A DNA stretch of 64,000 bases from Heptranchias perlo. Lineage: Eukaryota. A model generated the notes under the pieces. That model saw only the letters and a program-made list of their open reading frames with translations. It was not told the DNA's origin and did not search any database. The stretch spans positions 8,556,001 to 8,620,000 of the forward strand of contig NC_090343.1 of assembly GCF_035084215.1 (NCBI RefSeq). Reading direction: 5' to 3'. The position numbers and the translations under genes are program-made. Below are positions 38,771-51,565 of the stretch, piece after piece (the stretch's first letter is position 1; every line of letters starts with the position of its first letter).

Positions 38771-39907
38771 GAAAAAAGATCTTTGAGAGAGACAAAATAG
38801 AGCCAGCACAACTGGGAAAGAATGTGTGAAGGGAGGAGGTGAAACAAGCAACAAGAGGATTTGCCCATAAACCACAGAAAATAAACAATGAATCACTACC
38901 TTGGCCAACTGTTACCTGCAACTCACTCTGGAAATTAAGATGGCTATGACAAATAGGGAAATTTCTGTCTTTATTTCATACAGTTTTTAAAATGGTGGAC
39001 TCACCAAGATACAAAAATGGAGGATTGCAAATGAAGGGGCTGATTTTACAATCCTGACGTAAGTGTTAGGATCGCTGCAGGGGGGCCTGACAATATGGAA
39101 AACTGGTCTCGCCGGATATTGCGAAGTTAGCTCATTAAATTGCATTAATTTAGCTCTGCTCCCTGCACCAGTTTCTGGAGTGGAGGGAGCATGCTGATCG
39201 ACCGAGGTGTGGGAATTCGGGCGAGGAAAGAACTGCTGCTCACAATTAGAGAGCAGCATTTTTTTAATATATAAGATAGAAACATATTCGGTGTCACTGT
39301 ACAATTTTGGGAGGAGGGGTGGGGTGGCATAAACCTGGGCAAGACATAAATGTGGGGCATCTGTGGTCAGTTGGCAGACTGATTTGGCGTGGGAGGGAAG
39401 AGGGTTGGTTGGGATCTGGTACATAGATTTTTAACAAAGTAGTCACACCCATGGATGAGTTGTGTCTTGTGGTGAAAGCTGTCTGCAGTTTAACTTGCAG
39501 GAGACAGAATAGCTCGCTGACAGCCTGTCGTGAAGCAGAGGCAGCGAACACAAGACTACTCTGACCCGCCAAGGTCGGGCTACCTGCATTTGTTATGCAG
39601 GCACTGGGATAAGGACAGATGAGTATATGATACCAGAGGTGTAATCACCCGTCATTCTCATCCCCTCATGAAATGATCTTCCAAATCTAGTAGTGCCATT
39701 TGAACCTCTGAGGGAACTCCCATCACGGAAACTTTGCTTTGTGCAAGGACAATAGAAGTTGAAAGGACTTCTCTTACAGGAAAAGGTAATGTAGGCAAAA
39801 AAAAAAGTCAGAGCTAAACATCAACAGGAAGTAATGCACCAATGAAAATGCAGATAAAAGCTAGTTAACAAGCCAATAAAAGGCAAAGCTTAAAAGTCCA
39901 ACTGAAA

Positions 39908-40380
39908 CAACTTGCATTTATATAGCACCTTTAACGTAGAAAAACGTCCCAAGGCACTTCATAGAGGCATAATCAGTCAAAAATGGATGCCAAGCCAAAG
40001 GAGGAGAAGTTAAGAAAGTGACCAAAGAGATGAGGTTGAAGAGACTTGGAGGAGAGGGAGGGGGCGAGGCAATGGGGCTTAGGGAGGGAATTCCGGATCC
40101 TGGACGGCTGAATGCACGGCTGCCAATGGTGGGGTAAAGGGAGGGGTTGCACAAGAGGCCAGCAGAGGAATAGTGTGTCCTTTTGGGGGGGGGTTGGGGA
40201 AGAGAGGGAGGGGCTGGTTGTGACGCTGAAGGAGGTTAGAGAGATAGGGAGAGGCAAGCCACAAAAGGTATTTAAACACAAGGATGAGAATTTTAAATTG
40301 AAGGCTTTGGAGGACAGGAGTGATGGGTGAGTGGGACTTGGTGCGGGATAGAATGCGGGCAGCAGAGTTTTGCGTGACAT
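39908..40380 (-). mobile_element. L2-like LINE 3' fragment (relatives at ~51900-52210, 56378-56755, 62015-62510)
   Basis: FKILILVFK.L and GSRAFS...NSLP motifs; tail ggtgctatataaatgcaagttg shared with the Deu-SINE tail. Confidence 0.65.
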
Positions 40381-42845
40381 CTTTATGGAAGCAATTCCAT
40401 TATTTGTAAATGTAATTTCCCTATGGAAGGGTTAGGGTTCAATTGAGCTTTAGAGTGACCTTATTTTGGGCAGAAACTTTATTTTATCGTAGCAGAGAGT
40501 TTATTTTGAGGGAGACTCCATACTGGGATGGACTTACTGTGGGGGCTGGGACACTCTTGTAATAGGATAGATTTGCTAGGGGCAGATCTGTTACAAGTGC
40601 AAATTACGTTGCACACGATGCACGTACCTGCCAGGACTCAGGGCGCTCACATATTCTGCATTGTCCCATTTTCGGTTCTTGCCTGGGTGAACGAAACTGC
40701 ATAGGGAACAACCGCTGGAAGAGGTAGGAATTTAGTTTGCTGACTTGACATGTGTTTTAAATTATATGGGAGCGAGTTTATATGTGTCGAGTCAACTGAT
40801 CGTAAGTATACAAGTTAAACAGTAACTGATGATTTTTCAGTCAAGATTATTAAAAATGATTGTAAAACTTGATTTAAACAGTGATGAATCCTCGCAGTAA
40901 AACTATTATTTGATTCTGTACTGACTCATTTCATAAATTAACAGAAATGTTTTTTCCCCACATTAAAAATCTATCCCCCATGAAGTTTTAATAAGTGTCC
41001 TAAAATTAAGCAGAATGCACCATTTTGATGTAAAATTGAAAAATTGTCCAGGGGAGATTGACTCTGGACCTCGCTAGGAATGCTCATATAAGCATGCATT
41101 AGAAAAGATGCTATTTGGAAGGAGTGTGTTCAATTTAAACGTGTTGCCGGCACCCCTTACAAGTGTTGGATGTTGGGCATACTTGCGGCTTAAGTTATGA
41201 CCAGCAGATAGCCTGCTGAATGTTCGAAGTAACTACATCACTGTCATATAGTGGTACAGAGGGAGCGCTGCATGGTCAGAGATGCTATCTTTGGGATGAG
41301 ATGCTAAACAGAGGCCCTATCTGTAAAAGATCCCATGGCTATATTCGAAGAACAGAGAACGTCTCCCGGTGCCCTGGCCAATATTTATGCCTCAACCAAT
41401 ATCATTAAAACAGATTATATAGTCATTTATCCCATGATTGCTTGCGAGACCTCCTAAAAGCATGTGTGGGCAAACTCGATCTCAGTTTGCCTTCTCTTCT
41501 TGAAGATCTACAAAGAAACACATCTTACCAGCTCATCCAACAATCCTGTTGTGTGTCAGAATGGGTGAAAAAACACTGTTCTGAAAAAGGTATAAACTCT
41601 TTGCAGACTGATGCCACATTCATCAATAAGTGCTGTGCTGTTTTGAATACTTTGCGGTGTCTTTTGGCTTCTGTATATTTAACCTTAAAAATAAATTTGA
41701 CCAAATAGTTTTAACCAGTACACATTGGTCTGGCAATTTTACACTTTTCAAATGATCGAAATGTACATTATGTCGCCAACACATGTCGATACAAACTGGG
41801 CGGCCATATGAGCTCGTAAGGTATCAGATGGCCAGTGATGTGGGGACCACCATTGTCCAACAGTGCACATTGGGACTTTATAAGCTCCTGTGCCCTCTTC
41901 AATGTTACTTTTCCTTCCTCTTAGGCTGCGAGATGAGCAATCCAAGTTGCAACATCCAACTCAGGAAAAAATAAAGAACACTGCTGCCGTTTCACCTTAA
42001 AACCAAGGTTCAAATCTAGCCCCAATGATTAGAAGACTCTTTTCTCATCTCCCCCTGAATGTTCAATTAGTAACGGCAATGGACCTTCCTCTCTCTAAAT
42101 TGGCTCCTACAGAGCAGTGAATCCACTTGTCAGTGAAGTGCTTTGGGACACCCTGGGGAAGTGAAAAGTGTCCTATAAAAATGCAAGTCTTTCATACAGA
42201 CCAAGAGGTCCCAGGTTCATGTCGAGCTGACTGATCTCAGCCAGAATGGCAGGAAGGACACTGCAAATGGCTTTGTTTCTCCTAGGCTGGGAATTGGGAG
42301 GAGGAAAAATCACCAGAGTTCTCGATTCTTATCATTATCCAGTGACACCTCCTGGACAATGGATTTCAGGTGAGGACAGGATCATGCTAAAGTTGGACTA
42401 CAGTTGCCAACTTTGAGTGGGCGTAATCCTGGAGATTTCATTACATGACCACCAGCCTCCAACCGCCTCACCCCCACCCTCCCGCCAAAAATGGAACCAA
42501 CCTTTATATAATTGGACTGCGTATTTCCAAAATGGAAAGTCCCTTAATTAATCCAACAGCCACCATTTATAAAGAACATTTTTTTTTATTAACCAATTGC
42601 TTACATTCCATAACACAAAACATGCCCATGTATATAATTTCACAAAAGCTGACCAAAATGTTTGAACAGCATAGAAGGTTATATAATAAAAGGCACCGTG
42701 TAGGTAAATGCATAGATGAGGATCCCCATCCGCAGCAATGCATTACCGCTTCCAATTCACATCACACTGCGTACAGGAATCCTGCTAGAAATTAATCATC
42801 AAGACAGATTTGTTTTTGTCCCCTTCCCAAGCTACTGGTCATTAA

Positions 42846-45800
42846 GTATCTATTATTCACTTAGAGCTGGGTTCTAATTAAAACAAGGAAGGGGACTGTC
42901 AGGATGGACGGAGATACATTTCTTGAGCAGAACTGGAAGAGTATCATACCCCCTTTTACATTATATAGAATAGTCTCGGGGGGGGGCGGCACTCACAGAC
43001 CCTTGATATCCATGTGCTACTCTCCCCAATGCAACTTCTCACCCTCTTGCCCCTTCAAGTCAAGCCCACAATCCTCATGGTAATTAAGGAGGGGATCCAG
43101 CTCAGTGCTCTTAACTTGAACCAGAGGGTCACCAGAAGATCGTGAGACCAGAGAAAACGTTGGGTCTCTGGAATTTGGATCATTATATTAAAGATGACCA
43201 CCTGGCTTCAGTTGATGACCTTTCTTCAAGGTAAAGCTGGCTTTAGGGGGACATGAGACATGTCTGTAAACTGTTGGAACCTATTAGCTAAATAACGTAA
43301 GAGTCAACTTGTGGTTAAAACATTCAAAAAGGTTTAAAATAATCTAAAATTTCAAAAAAGTTACACGCTTGAGTAGATTTGCAGGTATAATTTGTAGTTA
43401 AGTAAAGGTTTACTCAAATAGGACACCCTGCTCCAACAGCTAGTTTCAACACCAGATAACATTTCCAAACAGAAAATAGTCTATAGTTCCTTCACTCTGC
43501 GCAAATATTTTCTTGACTACATACTTAATGATAATGATCAAATGGCAATAAACATATGAGTAGATGTGCTGCAGTGCAGAGCCGAAGTCTGCTTGCTTAA
43601 TTGCAGGTGACTGCCAGCTGGCTTTGTCCCAGTGTCAAGCTACAGTCGTCGAATACAATCCCTGCACAATTATGGATCGAAACCACCAACAAGACAGGAC
43701 ATGTATGCGCCTTGTTCAAAGCAGGATTGTAGCATAACCTCTACTCGTAATTTGTCGTGAAAGCTATTCCACTATTTTACCCAAGGCCTGAGGCAAGGTT
43801 AGGAGGGGTGGGAAGGTAAACAGAAAAGAGAAACAAGCAAAAAAAACTTTGTTTGAAGAGTGTTAAACTTGTATAAAGCCCTGGTTAGACCGCACTTGGG
43901 AGTACTCTGCGCAGTTCTGGTCTCCATATTATAAAAAAGATTATAGAGGCACTGGAGACAATGCAAAAAAGATTTACAGGGATGATACCAGAACTGAGAG
44001 GTTGTACTTATCAGGAAAGGCTGAGGCTCTTTTCTCTAGAAAAGGGAAAGCTGAGGGGTGACTTAATAGAAGTCTTTAAAATTACAAACAAGTTTGATAG
44101 GGTAGACATAGAGACGACCAAAACTAGGGGCCATAAATATAAGATAGTCACCAATAAATCCAATAGGGATGTTCCTATATTTGCGCATCATTCATTTAAC
44201 TAGCAGTGTGCTAACTTTATTAGCAGAGCTCCAGCATTGTGAAGTTAAACTGGTCACACAAGCATTCATTTGCTATCGTAGTGTCAATTTCAGGAACATT
44301 TACCTAGAGAATGGTTAGAATGTGGAACTCGCTACCACAAGGAGTAGTTGAGGCGAATTGCATAGATGCATTTAAGGGGAAGCTAGATAAGCACATGAGG
44401 GAGAAAGGAATAGGACGATATACTGATAAGGTGAGATGAAGTAGGGTGGGAGGAGGCTCGTGTGGAGCATAAACACCAGCATAGAGCAGTTGGGCTGAAT
44501 GACCTGTTTCTGTGCTGTCAATTCTATGCAATATGACCTCCCCACTCCCAGCATTGATCTCCACCTCTCCCCAGATTATCTAAATTAACAGATGAAATTT
44601 CGCAGCATGTTTATAAAACAAAAGGACATCTAGGCTTCATCCTCAGGCTGGGATTGGGAATTATCTCAGGCTTCTGGATAAAAACAACATTTTGCATAAA
44701 TACATTCAGCAGAGTAGGGAGGCTTCCACCTATTGCAATGTATATAAAGTGCTTTAAGGTCTTGGGTTTGTTCTTACAACTCCTCTCCAATAAGTCAAAC
44801 GCTCCACGGGTCCGAAATCACTAAACAGACTTGTAACCATCTTGTTTTATTCCCCAATAAAATATGCACACACTAAAAGTGTCCTTCAATATTAACTCCA
44901 GATTAGGTCTGGACTCAAGATACCACTCCAATGAAGCTCAACGCAACCTTGGGGAACAGCACCTCAGCTTTCGATTAGGCACTTTACAGCCTTCCAGCGT
45001 CAATGAGTTCAAGAACTTCAAATCATAACCGCCGTTCCCATTTTCTCGGACAGCGGGTGCTGGTAACGATTCTGCTTTTCGCATTTACACCTCCTCTGGA
45101 CCCATCTTTTGTTTCTTCACTTGTCCCATTAACACCCCCCTTTTGCCTTGCACCATCATCCCTTTTGTCATTTGATCATTCCTGCCCTCCACCCTATCAC
45201 AGACCTTCCCTTTGTTCATTCCTCCTCCCCTCCCTCTTTCCCAATCTCCGCGCTTGCTTTAAAACTGTTAAATCTCGAACTTCTTCCAGTTCGGATGAAG
45301 GATCATTGACCTGAAACATTGGGGGTGATGCATAGTATCTATTATTCACTTAAGAGCTGGATTCTAATTAAAACAAGGAAGGGGATTGACAGGATGGACA
45401 GAGATACATTTCTTGAGCAGAATTAGAAGAGTATCATACCCCCTTTTACATTATATAGAATAGTCTCAGGGGGGCGGCACTCACAGACCCTTGATATCCA
45501 TGTGCTACTCTCCCCAATGTAACTTCTCACCCTCTTGCCCCTTCTAGTCAAGCCCACAATCCTCAAATAATTAAGGAGAGGATCCAGCTCTGTGCTCTTA
45601 ACTTGAACCAGAGCGTCACCAGAAGATCGTGAGACCAAAGAAAACGTTGGGTCTCTGGAATTTGGATCATTATATTAAAGAAGGCCACCTGGCTTCAGTT
45701 GATGACCTTTCTTCAAGGTAAAGCTGGCTTTAGAGGGACATGAGAAACGTCTGTAAACTGTTGGAACCTATTTGCTAAATAACGCAAGAGTCAACTTGTG

Positions 45801-46612
45801 GTTGAAACACTCAAAAGGTTTAAAATAAATAAAAGGGGTTTGATAGGGTAGACGTAGAGAAGATGTTTCCACTTGTGGGGTAGACCAGAACTAGGGGGCC
45901 GTAAATATGATAGTCACCAATAGGAAATTCAGGAGCAACATCTTTACCAAGAGAGTGGTTAGAATTTGGAACTCTACCACAAGGAGTGGTTGAGGCGAAT
46001 AGCATTGATGCATTTAAGGGGAAGCTAGATAAACACATGAGGGAGAAAGGAATAGAACGATATGCTGATATGGTTAGAGGAAGAGGGGTGGGAGGAGGCT
46101 CGTGTGGAGCATAAACACTGGCATAGAGCAGTTGCGCTGAATGGCCTGTTTCTGTGCTGTCAATTCTACCCAATTCTATGTAATATGACCTCCCTACTCC
46201 CAGAACTGATCTCCACCTCTCCCCAGATTATCTGAATTAACAACGGATGAAATTTCACAGGTTTATATTAAAAAAAAAGTATAGAGGCTTCGTCCTCAGG
46301 CCGGGATGGGAATTATCTCGGGCTTCTGGACTTTTTTTTTTTAAAAGTAAAAGCATTTTGCATAAATACATTCAGAGTAGGGAGGCTTCCACCTATTGCA
46401 ATGTATATAAAGTGCTTAAGGTCTTAGGCTCGTTTCTTGTATCCAAGGACGTACTGGAAAAGAGTTGCAAGAGTTAAATGCTCCACAGATCTGAAATCAC
46501 TCAACAGACCTGTAACCATCTTGTTTTATTCCCCAATAACACACACAGACACACAGTCTAAGTTTCCTTCGGTATTAACTACAGATTAGATCTGGACTCC
46601 AGATACCACTCA
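42846..46612. repeat. Diverged local tandem duplication (copy 1 ~42846-44931; copy 2 ~45336-46612)
   Basis: 42846-43340 matches 45336-45828; the CR1 end and unique flank at 44305-44931 match 45955-46612. Confidence 0.9.
44932..45320 (+). mobile_element. Penelope-family 3' fragment at the duplication junction, with degenerate hammerhead at 45288-45320
   Basis: Encodes NEAQRNLGEQHLSFRLGTLQPSSVNEF (GIY-YIG tail); reverse-complement homologue of 35737-36130. Confidence 0.75.
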
Positions 46613-47466
46613 GTGATGACTGCTGCAATAGGATTCTTTTCCACGACCATCGACCCAAGACATGACCAAAGTCCCAGTGAGTTATACCTGGGACATTGCC
46701 ACGGGCTGATGTGTGTAAAATCTGTCTCAGACCAGTCCTCAGCAAGTGGAGGAAGAGTGAATACAATTCTGTGCAGAGAGAGCCAGGTTTCAGGTGACCT
46801 TGCAAGAAGTTCTCTAACACCACTGCAGGGGCTACTTTTACAAGCAAAAGCACTGAAATGAACAGCCCTTCAGACTGTTCATTAAACAACCTCTGACTAA
46901 ACACCATAATCTCTTGTTGAGAATCACAAGTCCAAACGCGAACCATTGACTAAAGTGCTACTGTAAAGCTCGCCTGACATTCCCTCCGTGGATAAACAGT
47001 CCAACAACACTCACTGTCTAGGCTCAGAGAATTAAAATTTGAGTGAGGTAAATATCACATTTATCCTACGACACAGCAGCATTAACACACCTGAGAGTTG
47101 GTCGCATATGATTTACGGGTCACAGCCCTCCACAACCCCAACAGAACCATGTTCCATTATTAAAAGGCAACGTTCTAGTAGGTCAAGAGAATTTCAAGTA
47201 TTTTTACTCTATTCCCTTCCCCTCCGCCAAAAAGTGACATGAAATGTTTGCAAGGATCGAGTTACGGAAACAACAGTCTAGAAGTGTTAACGGGCAACAC
47301 AACGCATTTGTATAACATTCGTCTGTCCTGTCCTTTAACAGGGACAATAACTTGTTCGTTTTAAATGAGTTACCACCTGTTAAGAGGAGTCATACGGCAG
47401 TAATCATTTGTATACCGATACCACAAACAGAAATTTCTAACTAATAATACCAATGCAAATGTTCAA

Positions 47467-47672
47467 ATGTAAGGAGTCTTACAACACCAGGTTATAGTCC
47501 AACAGTTTTATTTGAAAATCACAAGCTTTCGGAGGCTTTCTCCTTCGTCAGGTGGACGAAGGAGAAAGCCTCCGAGAGCTTGTGATTTTCAAATAAAACT
47601 GTTGGACTATAACCTGGTGTTGCAAGATTCCTTACATTTGTCCACCCCAGTCCATCACTGGCATCTCCACAT
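47467..47672. mobile_element. Palindromic Penelope terminal-repeat insertion with 16-bp TSD
   Basis: Arms 47464-47549 and 47555-47640 (3 mismatches in 86). Ends with the Penelope terminus ccccagtccatcactggcatctccacat (cf. 241-268). TSD caatgcaaatgttcaa at 47451-47466 and 47673-47688. Confidence 0.88.
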
Positions 47673-50600
47673 CAATGCAAATGTTCAACATATTTAAACT
47701 GGGTTAATCGAAGTGTGCAAAACCAAATGACTATTTGCGTATTTGGAATCTGAATTTTCAACAATCTTTTGAACGAGTTGTCCATTTTCAATTGTTCATC
47801 TTTGGCCGGGTTAATAAAACACTCCAAACCTTTTCACTCCTGATTGCCTGTTTCCAACATTACACTTTTGTTAAAAAATGCATATTCTTAAGGCTGCATG
47901 TACTGCCAATCCCTAGTTGGCCTGAGATGGTAGTGGTGGTCCTTCCCAGGGTCCACGGTCTAGTGAGGAACTTGGGGCAGAAATGAGAACTGTGCCACAG
48001 TCTCTGTCAAATGGGAGAATCCCAAAAAGGTGTGCCGTGAGAAATGTAAAATGGATCCTTGAGCAGATGGCGTCATGTGACCCAAGCTCAACAGTCAGGT
48101 CACTTTTGTTATCCAATTAAATAAATGACACAGGAGAAAAAAATAATTCAGCAGATGAGACTGGGTAAACACGGCACTCAGCTGGTCCATTGGGGATTCA
48201 TGATAAACAATGTCTTCCTGGCATTATAAATGAACTACTTACACATCATATGACCCCTGAATATATTCTAATAATATAATTTATGTACAGAAAGTAAATT
48301 AAACTGACACAGCCAGAGCTCCATCCCACCATCCATTTACCTCTAGTGCCAAGGGTAGCCATGCAAACCATTCCTGGACCTCTCCCACTGCCTCTCCGAG
48401 CAATGCCCAACTTCAACTGGTTTTTCACAATTTCCTTTTTGCCCTGTGGGGAAAGCACCTTGCTTCCACTCAACAAAAACTTGCATTTATATAGCGCCTT
48501 TAAGGCCATCTGGGAGACGTTACTGGAAGGGGAAAAAAGAGGCCCTCTGCCCAGAATATGCTTCTGCTGGTCAGTCAGAAGTTTCTTCCTTCTCCCACTT
48601 GGAAGCACATTTTACCAAAGCAACAAAAAAAAAGATTTCCAACACTATTTGGGGCAGATGAGGTGGGGAGAAATTCAAGGTGGTTCGATGCTATGATGTA
48701 CACCCCCTTACCCATTAATTTCACTTGGGGACCTTTGCAGCCAGTAGGCACACCAGGTCCACAGGTCACAGGTCAGCATGCTAACCAATTAGGCCCTTTG
48801 ACCCTAATCTCATGGAATTTACACGAAAGCTCACATTCCTGGTAGTTATGGAGTTACTGGATTACGTTGCAAATAGTATTATTTGTAACTTTTAAAAATT
48901 CTCACCATTACCTAGACACATAGCTAGAATCAGACAGGAATAAGGAGCTCAGGAAAAGAGAAGACACCATTTTGCTGAAGTTAGTTGCAGTGTGTCAGCA
49001 GTGTGTACAGGGACGCTATATACCAGAACACTGATCGGTACAAAGAGTTGAAGTTAAGGTATATAATTTCCATTTACTCCCAGGGTCAGTAGATGCCCCA
49101 GGCTTTTAAAAAAAAAAATCAAAATACTGATTATTCCTTGAAAGTATTTGGATTCCACTCACGTTGTCTACTTTCAATGTCCATGGGGATAAGATCTTCC
49201 TGATCAGATGCATCTCCTACATCAAAAATCTCCACATTTGGCATTTGAATAAAGATTTGTATATGTTATGATCTCATATTTCAGGGCTAGGAATGATAAG
49301 CTGGGACAGGGGGTGAGGGAGTTAATTACAAGGATTTCAAATACTCATCTAGAACAATGCATTCCTATTCAGGTCTTCAGAAGTCAACCCTGTTCCACAA
49401 TGAAGTCTGGAAAAGTTGGTCCAGTTTTAACGCTCAGAAGTCACTTCTGGGATAGTTGAACACTAAGTGACAAGAAAGTACATAGAGGGGGAAGGGAACA
49501 GAGTTGTGCAGGGTTTTTTTTTAAAACAAGATGTCCTGATCTTAATTTTACAAAAATCTTAATTTAAATCACTTAATTTTTCACCCTACCTGTAGGTTTA
49601 TGCATTCGGCGTACAGTGCGTTTGTTCAGTCCATATAGAAAAAGCCCCCGAGTATACTTAATCAGAAATCACTGAACATTAGGTGATTCCACCTGTACAG
49701 TCCAGAAGGAATTCCAGTCAAAGCGAAATGTAGCCTTGAACCCTGAAAAGGTTACTTGATCAAACCTAGATTCTCATCCGCCCTGACTCATCCCACTAGG
49801 ACAATGTCTAAGTGCACAAATATGACCGTAACCTGTGCAGCAACAAGATCTCCGGCACAGGCATGACGGGCCGAATGGCCTCCTTCTGTGCTGTAAGATT
49901 CTATGATTTGTCAGAATAATGCAGCACCTTCCAACCCATCAACATCTTCAATGCTATCATCAGGATATCCATCATTGGGCCAAGTACTGACCTTTGAACT
50001 GCCACAGCAATGTTTACATATCAAACACGACCAAAGCAAATACATTAGTTACCCTAACCACAATCAAGCTCGCTTGTTGTGCAGAAAGAGGTATCATTAC
50101 CAGTTTGATCCAATTTCCCCGACTTAAATAGAGCATTCATTTTCTATTAATATACTTTAAACTGTATGTTGAAGAGATATAACATATTAAAGCAGTCATG
50201 AGGTCTATTGCACTAGCCATACTCCCTCAGCCAAGCAATAAAATATATATATGTACAAGCAGGCATGTCCAACACTCATGTGTTCCATGATGTAAAGGCA
50301 ACCATCTTCAATGAGCAAACAGTGACTTGAGCTTCTTACAATCTTGAATGCGCATATTACTGTGGGCAGGAGCCATTAGGCCGTATAATTCTTAGTAGAT
50401 TTTCACACTAAATGAGAAACAGTCAACTCCCTTGCCTCTACGATGCTGCATTCCATCTTGGAAACTGAAACTTCCGTTTCCCCTCCCGTCATTATTTGCT
50501 ATTTCTTTGGCTTCTTCCTGGCCAGAACTAGACAAAAAAAAAACCTTCAATTTTAGGAGTGAATCCCATCCCTGGCCCTTCATCAACGCTCTCGTGGAAG

Positions 50601-50933
50601 CCTATTTATGATACTTTAAGCAATAAGGAAAAAAAAGGTTTTCGATTTTTGAGGTTGGATGTCCACTGCAATGGGCAACAAACATTCATTGAGGCATTGG
50701 TTTTATGAAACCAAACGTTTCTTCTCAACTGATCGGCTTTGAAGACATTTAGATGTGGATTCATTTACATGAAGATTACGTTTCTTCATTTAAATGAGAA
50801 AACAATCAGAGCTGTCCGCAGTTTTAAAAACAAAAAAAAAAGGGAAAGGACTACGGTGACTGAGCGAGATGAATGCAACTTCATTACTGGAATATAACAG
50901 TCTCCCGGAATTCACAGGAAATTCCCACTCTCT

Positions 50934-51083
50934 CTACTTGAAAAGCTTCATCTTGGGCCTGCAACTATTGGCATGGCGATGGAACTGGCGCTCATCCTTG
51001 GACTCCACGTCATCACTGTCACTGTCGCAGTCATTCCAATCGGGCTTAAGTGGTGTCAGCTCAGGAGCAACTATATCACCATC
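50934..51083 (-). CDS. SAMHD1: SAMHD1 last coding exon (human exon 16 equivalent)
   Basis: ttttcag|GAT; DGDIVAPELTPLKPDWNDCDSDSDDVESKDERQFHRHANSCRPKMKLFK*. TPxK CDK site (T592 equivalent) and terminal LFK. Not in the ORF track. Confidence 0.92.
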   Translation of the reverse strand, partial: DGDIVAPELTPLKPDWNDCDSDSDDVESKDERQFHRHANSCRPKMKLFK

Positions 51084-51224
51084 CTGAAAATAGGTATGAA
51101 GACGATTAAGGACTGTTTTTTGGGGAAGGGAGAATAATTATCATCTTGTTTAAACTTCACATCTTAAAATGTCTTTCTAAAATATTCCTGCATTTATAAG
51201 TCTTCCAGCCACCCACAAAATCCA

Positions 51225-51565
51225 GGCTGACACTTGCACCGTCGGAGATGCCTTCCTTCAGATGAGACATTAAACCGAGGCCAGTCTGCCCCCTCGGGTG
51301 GACGTAAAAGATTCCACGGCACTATTTCGAACAAGAGCAGGGGAGTTCTCCCCGGGGTCCTGGCCAATATTAATCCCTCAACCAACGTCACTAAAAAACA
51401 GATTACCTGGTCACTATCACATTGCTGTTTGTGGGAGCTTGCTGTGAGCAAATTGGCTGCCGCGTTTCCCTACATTACAACGGTGACTACACTTCAAAAG
51501 TATTTCATTTGCTGTAAAGCACTTTGGGACATCCTGAGGTTGTGAAAGGTGCTATATAAAATGGA
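51225..51565 (+). mobile_element. Deu-domain SINE, 5'-truncated (partial copies at ~41260-41440 + and ~52760-52925 -)
   Basis: Same core and tail as 7855-8285. Confidence 0.75.

Noticed and set aside
47555-47585. Plus-strand hammerhead in the right arm of the palindrome
   Set aside because: Lacks CU of the CUGA box and has GAGA in place of GAAA.
49590-49742. 153-nt minus-strand segment with ttttcag| and CAG|gtaggg signals
   Set aside because: No recognisable protein homology; such signal pairs are common by chance, so it is unsupported without RNA data.
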